From a virus, in IMG/VR virus record IMGVR_UViG_3300045988_155672, positions 1 to 31,987 of that record: DNA of 31,987 nucleotides; one strand, written 5' to 3'. Under the pieces are notes generated by a model. That model was not told where the DNA came from and did no database searches. It was given only the letters and a program-made list of their open reading frames with translations. Shown in pieces: positions 15,999 to 23,577 of this stretch. Both the position numbers and the translations under genes were made by a program. Each line of letters starts with the position of its first letter. The first letter of the stretch is position 1.

Positions 15999-18041
15999 AT
16001 GGCTACAATAGAAGAAAAGGTAAATGTAATCAATATTGAGACTAAGAAAGCGGAATCCTCTGTCCAATCATTAAAAACAAAAATAAAGCAGTTAAAAGAT
16101 GAGATGGGTTTATTGGAAGAGGGCACTGAGGAATATAATGAAAAGGCGAGGGAGTTAGGTTCTTTAATGAATCAGCAAGCCAAGATAACAGAAAATGCAA
16201 AATTCTCCACAGCGGACTTAGGTGAAAACTTAAGTAATGTTACGCAAGTGTTAAATGGTGGTGTTGGAGCGGTAACAGGTTTCACGTCTGCCTTAGCGTT
16301 AATGGGAGTTGAGATGGACGATGATACAAAATTGCAACAGAAGTTAGTTCAAGCGATTGCGTTGATGTCCTCCTTGTCAGCTATTGATAATGCGATAAAT
16401 GCGTTCAATGGATTAAAGAATCAGATTAAGCAGACGACATTAGCTCAAAAGGGATTGAATGCGGCGATGAAAGCTAATCCCATTGGTTTTTTAATAACAG
16501 CTGTGGCGACATTGGTTACAGTTTTTGTTACGTTAAAAAATTTATTAGATGATACCAAGGATAGATTAGAAGCGATAGGGGAAGCAGCAAGACAGGCTAA
16601 TGGTGAATATGAATTTTTAGTTAAAGGACAAGAGCAGCAGATAGCTATAATGCAGGCTCAGGAAAAGAGTGAGAATGAATTGAACGAGGCGAGGATTAAA
16701 TTCCATAGGGATAACATGAATCGTTTATTCGGTCAAATAGTGCAGTATCAGCGTTTATATAATTTAACTAACGAACAATTAGAAGAGGAAGAGAATTATC
16801 AAAAATTATTAGCTAATCATAATAAAGAAAAAGAAGAATATGAAAAGGCTTTATGGAATAGAGAAGTTATAAGAGAAAAGCAAAAGACAGCAGCAAGGAA
16901 GAGAGAAGAGGAAGCGACAAAAAGGCAACGTGATGCAGCAAAAGCAAGATTAGAAGAGTTAAAGAAAGAAAAAGCAACATGGGAGGATTTAGCAAAATTA
17001 CAGATAGAGAGAGAAAAATCAGATGGTAAAATAAATGAAATCGAGTACCAAGAGAAATTATTAAATATCGAGGTAAAGAAGTTAAACGCCATACGAGAGC
17101 AAGATAAGAAAAAAGGAAAAGATTATATTAGCAAGTCGTATGTGGAGCAGGAAAAGGCTGTAAGGGCTTTAATTACCACGATTGATGATTTACGTAAGAC
17201 GGAAAAAGAAGAGGCAGAGGAGCGAAGAAAAGAGCTTGTAGAGGGTGATTTAACAAAAGCTCAGTTGGAGTATGAATCGGAGTATTATAATGCAAAGAAA
17301 AAGATTTATGAAGATTATGCAAATGATGTTAATATTATAAATGAGCAGTTATATTTATTAGAGCAAGATAAGTTAAAACAATCGCTCCAAGACTTAGAAC
17401 AGCAGTTAAGTGATAAGTTAATATCATTAGAAGAGTATAAAGCTAAAAAATCTGAGATTGAATACACCATTAGTGAAAATGAACGCAATGAATCAGAACG
17501 AAGAAAAACTGTTAAAAAAGAAGAAGCAGAACAAAAGCTAACCACCGAAGAATTGCTAAGACAACAGATTATAGATTTACAGAGTGGGGTGAGTGGATTG
17601 TTAAGTGGTATAGGTGAAAATTTAAGTCAAGACACTGAAGCATATAAAAATATTAAAGCAGCGGAAGCGATTATTAACACCTTATCAGCAGCAGTGGCAG
17701 CATTCTCAGGAATCACATCAAGTACAGGTGGTTGGGGAATAGCAGCAGCAATAGCTCAGGCAGCAGCAGTAACAGCAACAGGTATGGCAACAGTTAAGAA
17801 AATTTATGCAGTTAATACCAATGGAAGTTCTAATAATACTGATGGTTCAATGACTACTAGTGCGATGAATGTTATTAACAGAAATTATACTAATGCTCGT
17901 TTAACAGATAGTAATGGTAGTGAAGTGAATATCGGAGACCTTGCAAACCAAATCAATGATAAAAAGGTTTATGTAAGCGTTAAGGATATAAATGAAGCTC
18001 AGACAAAAGTTAAAGTCGTATATAGGAATAACAGTTTCTAA
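15999..18041 (+). CDS. tape measure protein
   Basis: 680 aa. The N-terminal helical segment contains a hydrophobic stretch (NPIGFLITAVATLVTVFVTL), followed by a long charged coiled coil and a C-terminal Gly/Ala-rich hydrophobic region (GGWGIAAAIAQAAAVTATGMA). Confidence 0.7.
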   Translation: MATIEEKVNVINIETKKAESSVQSLKTKIKQLKDEMGLLEEGTEEYNEKARELGSLMNQQAKITENAKFSTADLGENLSNVTQVLNGGVGAVTGFTSALALMGVEMDDDTKLQQKLVQAIALMSSLSAIDNAINAFNGLKNQIKQTTLAQKGLNAAMKANPIGFLITAVATLVTVFVTLKNLLDDTKDRLEAIGEAARQANGEYEFLVKGQEQQIAIMQAQEKSENELNEARIKFHRDNMNRLFGQIVQYQRLYNLTNEQLEEEENYQKLLANHNKEKEEYEKALWNREVIREKQKTAARKREEEATKRQRDAAKARLEELKKEKATWEDLAKLQIEREKSDGKINEIEYQEKLLNIEVKKLNAIREQDKKKGKDYISKSYVEQEKAVRALITTIDDLRKTEKEEAEERRKELVEGDLTKAQLEYESEYYNAKKKIYEDYANDVNIINEQLYLLEQDKLKQSLQDLEQQLSDKLISLEEYKAKKSEIEYTISENERNESERRKTVKKEEAEQKLTTEELLRQQIIDLQSGVSGLLSGIGENLSQDTEAYKNIKAAEAIINTLSAAVAAFSGITSSTGGWGIAAAIAQAAAVTATGMATVKKIYAVNTNGSSNNTDGSMTTSAMNVINRNYTNARLTDSNGSEVNIGDLANQINDKKVYVSVKDINEAQTKVKVVYRNNSF

Positions 18042-18052
18042 AATCACTAAAA

Positions 18053-18085
18053 GGGGGTATCTAATAATTACTCCCTTTTCTTTTT
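18053..18085 (+). terminator. rho-independent terminator
   Basis: GGGGGTA pairs with TACTCCC (one G-U pair) and is followed by TTTTCTTTTT. Confidence 0.6.
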
Positions 18086-18097
18086 AACTTTTTTTAA

Positions 18098-18124
18098 TAT
18101 GAAAGTGAGAATAAAACTTCGTTG
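18098..18124 (+). promoter_or_regulatory. promoter-like motif, copy 3 of 6
   Basis: TATGAAAGTGAGAATAAAACTTCGTTG, 81 nt upstream of ATG 18206. Confidence 0.45.
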
Positions 18125-18205
18125 TATGATTAAACCTTTTTGATGTGATATTGTCAAAAACGAAAAATCATACTATTTAATATTGAATATAAAAATATAA
18201 ATGAT

Positions 18206-18697
18206 ATGAACAAAAACGAAATAATTGAAGAGTTATACAAGAGTGGTTGGATTGAGGATACTGTAAAGAAAAACAATGTACATGATTATGATATTGAAGA
18301 AGCCATGGGTTGGTATTTAGTACACCTATGCGAGAAACAAGAATTAGAAGACATGTATAATAATGGTGGAATGAAAAGAATAAAAAGGTATTTAACAAAA
18401 GATATTGATTTGTTTTTATTCTCAACAGGCACTCAATTATACAAGTGGGAGATTAAAAAATCACCTGCCAACATATCTAAAAAAGCGAGTGAATATGGTT
18501 ATAGGTTTGTTGAGGAAAAAGGTGTTATTGATAGTGGTTCTAATAAGAAAAACTCTGAACCAATGACTTATATATATCAAGAGTTAGACCCTTTTGTACC
18601 TAAACCCAAACCTAAACCTGTGATAAAGGGAAAAAGAAAATACACTAAGAAAAGTGATAAGTGGAATAATTGGAACAGTTCAAGATATACAAAATAA
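18206..18697 (+). CDS. sigma region-2-like protein, paralogue of 9695..10045, with a basic PK-rich tail
   Basis: The MNKNEIIEELYKSGW... N-terminus parallels MKSKNEIIEELYRTKF... The C-terminus is PKPKPKPVIKGKRKYTKK. Confidence 0.4.
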   Translation: MNKNEIIEELYKSGWIEDTVKKNNVHDYDIEEAMGWYLVHLCEKQELEDMYNNGGMKRIKRYLTKDIDLFLFSTGTQLYKWEIKKSPANISKKASEYGYRFVEEKGVIDSGSNKKNSEPMTYIYQELDPFVPKPKPKPVIKGKRKYTKKSDKWNNWNSSRYTK

Positions 18698-18710
18698 AAT
18701 TTAAATTAAC

Positions 18711-19028
18711 ATGGAACAAGAAAAGTTAACAGAATTAAGAAACAAAGCATTCCAATCTAAAACAAAACAAGAATGGGATGTTGTAATGAATGAAATTAAA
18801 ACCCTAACTGAAAATGATGAATCAGCAAGGGAGTATTTAAGAAAATATTGTACTACTCTATTGGAAAAGAAAAAAGTCTATTGGGAGAAGTATCAACAAC
18901 AGTCAAATAAACCTAAATACACATCAGTTAAAAACTCATTCATTTTCCAAGATGAACTAGCTCACGCATTAGCTGAATATATAAAAGTTAAAACTGAGTT
19001 ACTCAAAAAAGAAAAGAATTTATTATAG
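18711..19028 (+). CDS. hypothetical helical protein
   Basis: 105 aa, charged and helical, followed by a terminator. Confidence 0.4.
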   Translation: MEQEKLTELRNKAFQSKTKQEWDVVMNEIKTLTENDESAREYLRKYCTTLLEKKKVYWEKYQQQSNKPKYTSVKNSFIFQDELAHALAEYIKVKTELLKKEKNLL

Positions 19029-19050
19029 CTCATTTATTATTATTATTATT

Positions 19051-19087
19051 GAGAGGTAGTGTTCACAGCATTGCCTCTCTTTTTTTA
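19051..19087 (+). terminator. rho-independent terminator
   Basis: GAGAGG (19051-19056) pairs with CCTCTC (19074-19079), followed by T7. Confidence 0.6.
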
Positions 19088-19130
19088 TCCCTCCCTCAAA
19101 AGTTAATTACAGTTAAAAACAAAACCACTT

Positions 19131-19157
19131 CATGAAAACACGTATATCTCTTCGTTG
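19131..19157 (+). promoter_or_regulatory. promoter-like motif, copy 4 of 6
   Basis: CATGAAAACACGTATATCTCTTCGTTG, 39 nt upstream of ATG 19197. Confidence 0.5.
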
Positions 19158-19196
19158 CAATGACTGTAAAAGTAAAAAAGATAAAAAATAACAAAT

Positions 19197-19844
19197 ATGT
19201 CAAAGTTTATAATAACACGCAATTTGAACGGATATAAGTTGCAACAGAGAACTGATAATGGAATGTTTAACGCTTCATACTTCATAGAACAATGGAATGA
19301 GAAGAATAACTCCAATCTGAAGGTAAGTGATTTTATTAAAGAAAAAGACACTCTACGCTTCATGAATATATTAGCTGTTAAAGAAAACCTAAATCACGTT
19401 GGAGAATGTTTTAATGATGGTATAATAGCTGTTAATAATACCGTAACTAATGATGAGGGTATTATTCATACAGAGATTTGGTTTCATCGCTACCTCTTCT
19501 CAGATTTTTTAATATACGTAAATGAAGAGTTAAAATATGAAGCATTGAAGTTCATCACCGATAACTTAATTGATATGAGAAACACCGTAGGCTCTAAATA
19601 CAGAGAATGGGTAAATCTACTCACTACCATTGGAGCTAATCAAACAGATATTAAAACTATTCAATGTAATATAAATATCATCGTATTCGGTAAACATGAA
19701 AAGGATATTAGAAACTCAGCTACATTTGAAGAGTTAACTAAAATACTAGAAATCCAATCAACACTCTCATCACTCATTAAATTAAACATAGCTACCACTC
19801 CAATGGAAGTTTTATCTCATCTTGTTAACCTCTTTAGAAAATAA
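19197..19844 (+). CDS. KilA-N domain protein, paralogue 2 (diverged)
   Basis: YKLQQRTDNGMFNASYFIEQWN ... IWFHRYLFSDFLIYVNEELKYEALKFITDNLIDMR ... IIVFGKHEKDIRNSATFEEL is colinear with the other two paralogues. Confidence 0.65.
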   Translation: MSKFIITRNLNGYKLQQRTDNGMFNASYFIEQWNEKNNSNLKVSDFIKEKDTLRFMNILAVKENLNHVGECFNDGIIAVNNTVTNDEGIIHTEIWFHRYLFSDFLIYVNEELKYEALKFITDNLIDMRNTVGSKYREWVNLLTTIGANQTDIKTIQCNINIIVFGKHEKDIRNSATFEELTKILEIQSTLSSLIKLNIATTPMEVLSHLVNLFRK

Positions 19845-20299
19845 AGTGAAAATTATGAAAAATAACATTAAATTTTTTCTCGGTCAGTATCAACAAGTTA
19901 AGAAAAATTCATTAAAATTCCTCACTTTCATATCCACTTTTTTCAAAAAAAGGCTCTCTTATTCTATAGGAACTATGTCCTATTATAGTTCATTGGAATA
20001 TTCTCATCGAATATCCCAATTCCAATAAGCGGACAATCGTTCAAGTATTTTCTTAGAAACTGTTTAAATAGCGGTTCATTACATTCACCTTGTTACTCAG
20101 TTCTAAAGAACTTCATAAAAACAAAAGAACTTAACGAAAATGAAAAGTACTCATCGTACTCTTCATTCTTCTTATAAGTCCTTCAGTTTACTAAAGAATC
20201 TAAAACAGTTAAAAATACTCAAGTCAATACCTGAAAATACTTCTAAGGTATAAGTAAGGTAAGGATAATTGTACCCTTTTGAATCGGGTGTTTTTTCTT

Positions 20300-20720
20300 T
20301 TCATTTTGAGATTTTTCAAGTTTGGTAGTAGTTGAGAAGTTACTTCAGTTTTCATTGGTAGTAGTTAGTAGATTCGATTCTTCAGTTTGGTAGTTAGTTT
20401 TCTTGAGTTGGTAGGTTAGTAGAGTAGTTTAGTTAATTCCAAGTTAAGTAAATTCACTAGTAGATTCTCAAGTTTACTAGTAGTTTCCTTATTTCCATGT
20501 GTAGAGTAGTTTTAAGAGGTTTAGAGAGGTTTTAACAGTTCATAGGTAGAATTAGTTCAGTGAGGTAGTAAAGTCTTACCAGAGGAGAAATAAACGTACT
20601 TCCAAGGTAGTTAATTCTAGTAGGTAGTTTGGGAGGTAGTAAAGTACTTGTAATTCCATGTGTAGTTAATTAGGTAAGAGACTCGTTTTAACATTCCATA
20701 GTTAAGTAAATTCCAAAAAG
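20300..20720. repeat. C-depleted, G/T-skewed non-coding tract with degenerate GGTAG-type direct repeats
   Basis: Nine exact GGTAG at 20324, 20357, 20389, 20410, 20545, 20564, 20606, 20623 and 20635. Longer repeat pairs are listed in the finding for 20030-20914. No ORF of 60 aa or more is listed on either strand between 20029 and 20913. Confidence 0.8.
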
Positions 20721-20914
20721 TGTAAACGTAAGTTAATGTCGAAGACACTCCATAAACGAAGTGATAATACAATATACTTCCGCTGCGTAATTTTTACATA
20801 CTTAATAGGGTAAACAGTTGAAAATGAGTAATTCCTAAAATTGAGGAGATGGGTGAGTAGCGAAATGCGACGATGCTCTGAATTGTTAACTTTTCAAAAA
20901 TGATACTACTTATT

Positions 20915-20941
20915 CATGAAACTACCAATAAAACTTCGTTG
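20915..20941 (+). promoter_or_regulatory. promoter-like motif, copy 5 of 6
   Basis: CATGAAACTACCAATAAAACTTCGTTG, ending 9 nt before ATG 20951. Confidence 0.5.
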
Positions 20942-20950
20942 TAGTAGTAT

Positions 20951-21265
20951 ATGAACAAAGAAAATTCAATAATAGCGGAGGCGAATAATAGTAACCAAGC
21001 TATGCAGATTTTTAATAATGAGAAATTTGGTGAGATTAGAACATTAGGTGATGGAAACAATCCACTCTTTTGTTTACCTGACGTATGTAGAGCATTATCT
21101 GTTGATATAAGTAATGTTAGAGAAAAGGTAAGAAAGGGGTGGTGCATTAAACACCCCCTTCAGACTAACGGTGGAATCCAAGAAACAACCTTTGTTAATG
21201 AATCAGTTTTATATGATATAATTTTCAGTTCGAGAAAAGCTGAAGCTGTTGAGTTCAGGCATTGA
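20951..21265 (+). pseudogene. truncated Bro-N domain gene (104 codons), possibly still expressed as a stand-alone Bro-N protein
   Basis: Homologous to the N-terminus of 7725..8537. Nt 21083-21264 are identical to 7866-8047. Identity ends exactly at a TGA, where the full-length copy continues WVTDEVLPMIRKTGAY. Confidence 0.6.
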
Positions 21266-21540
21266 ATCTACCGAATGGTGAGTTAGGTATATTAAATGTT
21301 TACAAATGGTTTAGAGATAATAATTTTACGATGAAAAATAACCTACCATACGAAATTCAAAGACGTAAGGGGCTTATGACAGTTAGGTTGGGTAAAGATA
21401 AGTACGGTAGATTAACAAAAACAGCTGTAATAACTGAAAAAGGAGTTAAGTACTACCATGATTTAATAGTGAATAGTCTTAATTGGATAAAAAAGAATTT
21501 ACTCAGCAATCTTCGGAGGAAACTGAGCTTGAGACTCTAA
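21262..21540 (+). CDS. KilAC-like C-terminal fragment ORF (-1 frame relative to the truncated Bro-N)
   Basis: FRDNNFTMKNNLPYEIQRRKGLMTVRLGKDKYGRLTKTAVITEKGVKYY parallels LRDMGIFYYDKRTNLPYQEYINSGYFKV...KITGKGQTWL of 7725..8537. It starts at TTG 21262 or ATG 21331. Confidence 0.4.
   Translation: MNLPNGELGILNVYKWFRDNNFTMKNNLPYEIQRRKGLMTVRLGKDKYGRLTKTAVITEKGVKYYHDLIVNSLNWIKKNLLSNLRRKLSLRL
21489..21495 (+). other. A_AAA_AAG heptamer in the zero frame of ORF 21262..21540
   Basis: Codons are ATA AAA AAG (21487-21495). A -1 shift enters the frame of ORF 21483..21776 (KKEFTQQSSEETE followed by LETLISNR repeats). Confidence 0.45.
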
Positions 21541-21736
21541 TAAGTAACAGGCTTGAGACTCTAATAAGTAACAGGCTTGAGACTCTAATAAGTAACAGGC
21601 TTGAGACTCTAATAAGTAACAGGCTTGAGACTCTAATAAGTAACAGGCTTGAGACTCTAATAAGTAACAGGCTTGAGACTCTAATAAGTAACGGGCTTGA
21701 GACTCTAATAAGTAACAGGCTTGAGACTCTAATAAA
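21528..21736. repeat. 24-bp tandem repeat, about 8.7 copies, nearly perfect
   Basis: Unit CTTGAGACTCTAATAAGTAACAGG. There is one A>G substitution in copy 7 (AACGGG). One frame is open on each strand (LETLISNR on +, RVSSLLLI on -). Confidence 0.95.
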
Positions 21737-21783
21737 AAAGATTTTGGTAGAATATTTATTAAAGGATTTAAAATAATTGAGAG

Positions 21784-22392
21784 ATGGAATTAAACGTAAA
21801 AAAACAAAAAGTGTTTGAGTTGTTGGGTAGAGAAGAAAATCAAAACCTATCAACAGAAGAATGGTTAAATAAGTTAAATGGTGAAGGTCTTAATGTAAGC
21901 CGAGGAACCTTTTTCAGATACAAAAAAGAATTTACTCAACTTCAATCTTCGGGTGAGTTAAAATTTGAAAACGGCGATTCCTGCAAATTACAACATATAG
22001 CTAAAGTGCTACATGTCGAAAATCGAGTAGTTAAAGAAGAAGCCCCAACACCAAAAGAAAAAGAGATTGATATATGGAAGCACATTGATGAAGTAGATAA
22101 ACGAGAAGAGGTCCCAATATCAAAAGAAGAAGATGATGTGGAGATAGATTTTAGTGGAAGTGATTTAACAGATGATGAGAGGGAAGAGTTAAACATATTA
22201 TTAGATGGATTTAAGACTTGTAGGAGTGTATTTGAAGCTATGGAGTGTTGCAGGCAATTAGACATGTTTGTACAGAATAAAAAGAAAAAGATAGGTAAAT
22301 ATGTTAAAGAAAAAGTATCTACCTTATACGAATGGCAGAAGTTGTTTTTTACCAACTATGGGTTAGATAAGAGAATTTGTTTTGAGGAATAA
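21784..22392 (+). CDS. HTH-containing protein with an acidic centre (function unknown)
   Basis: The N-terminus (LSTEEWLNKLNGEGLNVSRGTFFRYKKEF) looks like a small HTH. The middle is acidic and the C-terminus is Cys-containing. The gene lies immediately downstream of the tandem array. Confidence 0.45.
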   Translation: MELNVKKQKVFELLGREENQNLSTEEWLNKLNGEGLNVSRGTFFRYKKEFTQLQSSGELKFENGDSCKLQHIAKVLHVENRVVKEEAPTPKEKEIDIWKHIDEVDKREEVPISKEEDDVEIDFSGSDLTDDEREELNILLDGFKTCRSVFEAMECCRQLDMFVQNKKKKIGKYVKEKVSTLYEWQKLFFTNYGLDKRICFEE

Positions 22393-22437
22393 AAAAAATA
22401 AATTAGCTACTATATATAATAGGTAATAAATAGCACG

Positions 22438-22863
22438 ATGAAACTAACGAAGAATTTTACATTAGAGGAATTAATGTGGAGTGATACAGCTAATAGACTC
22501 CACATTAACAACACCCCATCAAAAGAGGTAGTAAATAAATTAAAAAAATTAGCAACGGATATTCTACAACCTATAAGAGACACATACGGACTACCAATTA
22601 AAATAAGTTCAGGATATAGATGTTCAGAATTAAATAAAAAGATTGGTGGAGTAAGAAACAGTCAGCATGTGTTAGGAGAAGCTGCTGATTTAGTTGTCGG
22701 TGATGTGGTACAAAATTTAGAACTCTTTAATCTAATAAAAACGATGATTGAGCATGGAGAGATAACTGTGGGGCAACTAATCAATGAATACGGAGGTAAA
22801 TGGGTACACGTATCATTACCAAGAACAAATAAAAAAAATAATCAAATAATAAACATATATTAA
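22438..22863 (+). CDS. endolysin, peptidase M15 (zinc D-Ala-D-Ala carboxypeptidase / L-Ala-D-Glu peptidase family)
   Basis: FTLEEL...ISSGYRCSELNKKIGGVRNSQHVLGEAADL...WVHVS contains the H..D...H zinc-ligand pattern typical of M15 phage lysins. Confidence 0.85.
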   Translation: MKLTKNFTLEELMWSDTANRLHINNTPSKEVVNKLKKLATDILQPIRDTYGLPIKISSGYRCSELNKKIGGVRNSQHVLGEAADLVVGDVVQNLELFNLIKTMIEHGEITVGQLINEYGGKWVHVSLPRTNKKNNQIINIY

Positions 22864-22872
22864 AAACAACAC

Positions 22873-23364
22873 ATGAAGAAGATTGTAATAACAGTATTAG
22901 TAACAACAGTATTAGTAACGGTTCTGACAGCTATCATAATAAAAAATTCCTTAAATAAAGCACTAACAAAAGTCGAACCGATTACCATAACAAAAACAAT
23001 AATAGAACCTAAATTCGATACGATATACCATAATCATTACGATACAATAAAAGTTAAAACAATTCAAACAGATACCCTAATAGAACATCATACAGATTCG
23101 GTACTCATACAACTTCCAATTAACAATTATATAATAGATACAACAATAACCGATACAACTTCCATAACGTCATTAGAAGCCCACATAAAAGGTTTTAACG
23201 TTACTGTGGATAGTTTACTCCTTATAACAAAAATAATCCCTGAGGTTAAAGAAAATGTCCGAAAAAGTTATAGAATTAAAGACAAAATAGGAGTGGGAAT
23301 TGGAATAGGATATGGAACATGTGGAGTTGGAATGATGGTAGGAATAATGTACAAAATAAATTAA
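22873..23364 (+). CDS. membrane protein adjacent to the endolysin (holin or spanin candidate)
   Basis: N-terminal TM (IVITVLVTTVLVTVLTAIII) and a C-terminal Gly-rich hydrophobic segment (IGVGIGIGYGTCGVGMMVGIM). Confidence 0.4.
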   Translation: MKKIVITVLVTTVLVTVLTAIIIKNSLNKALTKVEPITITKTIIEPKFDTIYHNHYDTIKVKTIQTDTLIEHHTDSVLIQLPINNYIIDTTITDTTSITSLEAHIKGFNVTVDSLLLITKIIPEVKENVRKSYRIKDKIGVGIGIGYGTCGVGMMVGIMYKIN

Positions 23365-23365
23365 A

Positions 23366-23396
23366 AGGAGAGTCAATTAAGATTCTCCTTTTTTTA
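23366..23396. terminator. bidirectional hairpin terminator
   Basis: AGGAGAGTC-AATTAA-GATTCTCCT followed by T7. The right arm overlaps the 3' end of the minus-strand gene. Confidence 0.6.
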
Positions 23397-23577
23397 TGTA
23401 CAGTTTGCAATGACATTCGTTTTTTTCCCTGTAATCAGAACAAGGACAATGCTTATCATACGAATCATTATGACAAGGACAGTCCCCATCACATGCTTCA
23501 ATTCTTTTTAATATCGCATTAACAATTTTCTCATTTGGATTTAACATGAACCCGTCTTTAATAAAAAAATTTTTCAT
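23377..23577 (-). CDS. ferredoxin-thioredoxin reductase catalytic-subunit-like small Fe-S protein
   Basis: CPCHNDSYDKHCPCSDYREKNECHCKLYI matches the FTR-B signature CPC...CPC-X8-CHC (cyanobacterial CPCVPMRERKECHCMLFL). It is one of only two credible minus-strand genes. Confidence 0.6.
   Translation of the reverse strand: MKNFFIKDGFMLNPNEKIVNAILKRIEACDGDCPCHNDSYDKHCPCSDYREKNECHCKLYIKKGES

Noticed and set aside
19822-20028. 68-aa ORF downstream of KilA-N paralogue 2
   Set aside because: It has a TTG start overlapping the KilA-N gene end, a low-complexity sequence, and no recognisable upstream element. It cannot be excluded as a small protein (internal ATG at 19855), but nothing supports it.
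21528-21736. 24-bp repeats as a CRISPR array
   Set aside because: The units are directly abutting with no spacers, the unit is shorter than typical CRISPR repeats, and no cas genes or leader are present. This is a plain tandem repeat.
21483-21776. Stand-alone gene encoding (LETLISNR)n
   Set aside because: It has only a TTG start immediately after an in-frame TAA and no promoter-like element. It is kept only as a possible -1 frameshift extension or an ancestral coding frame. The minus-strand ORF 21503-21853 (RVSSLLLI repeats) is likewise just the open frame of the repeat.
23319-23522. + strand 67-aa ORF overlapping the FTR-like gene
   Set aside because: It has no motif, starts inside the preceding gene and runs through a terminator hairpin. 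The minus-strand reading has a specific CPC/CPC/CHC signature.
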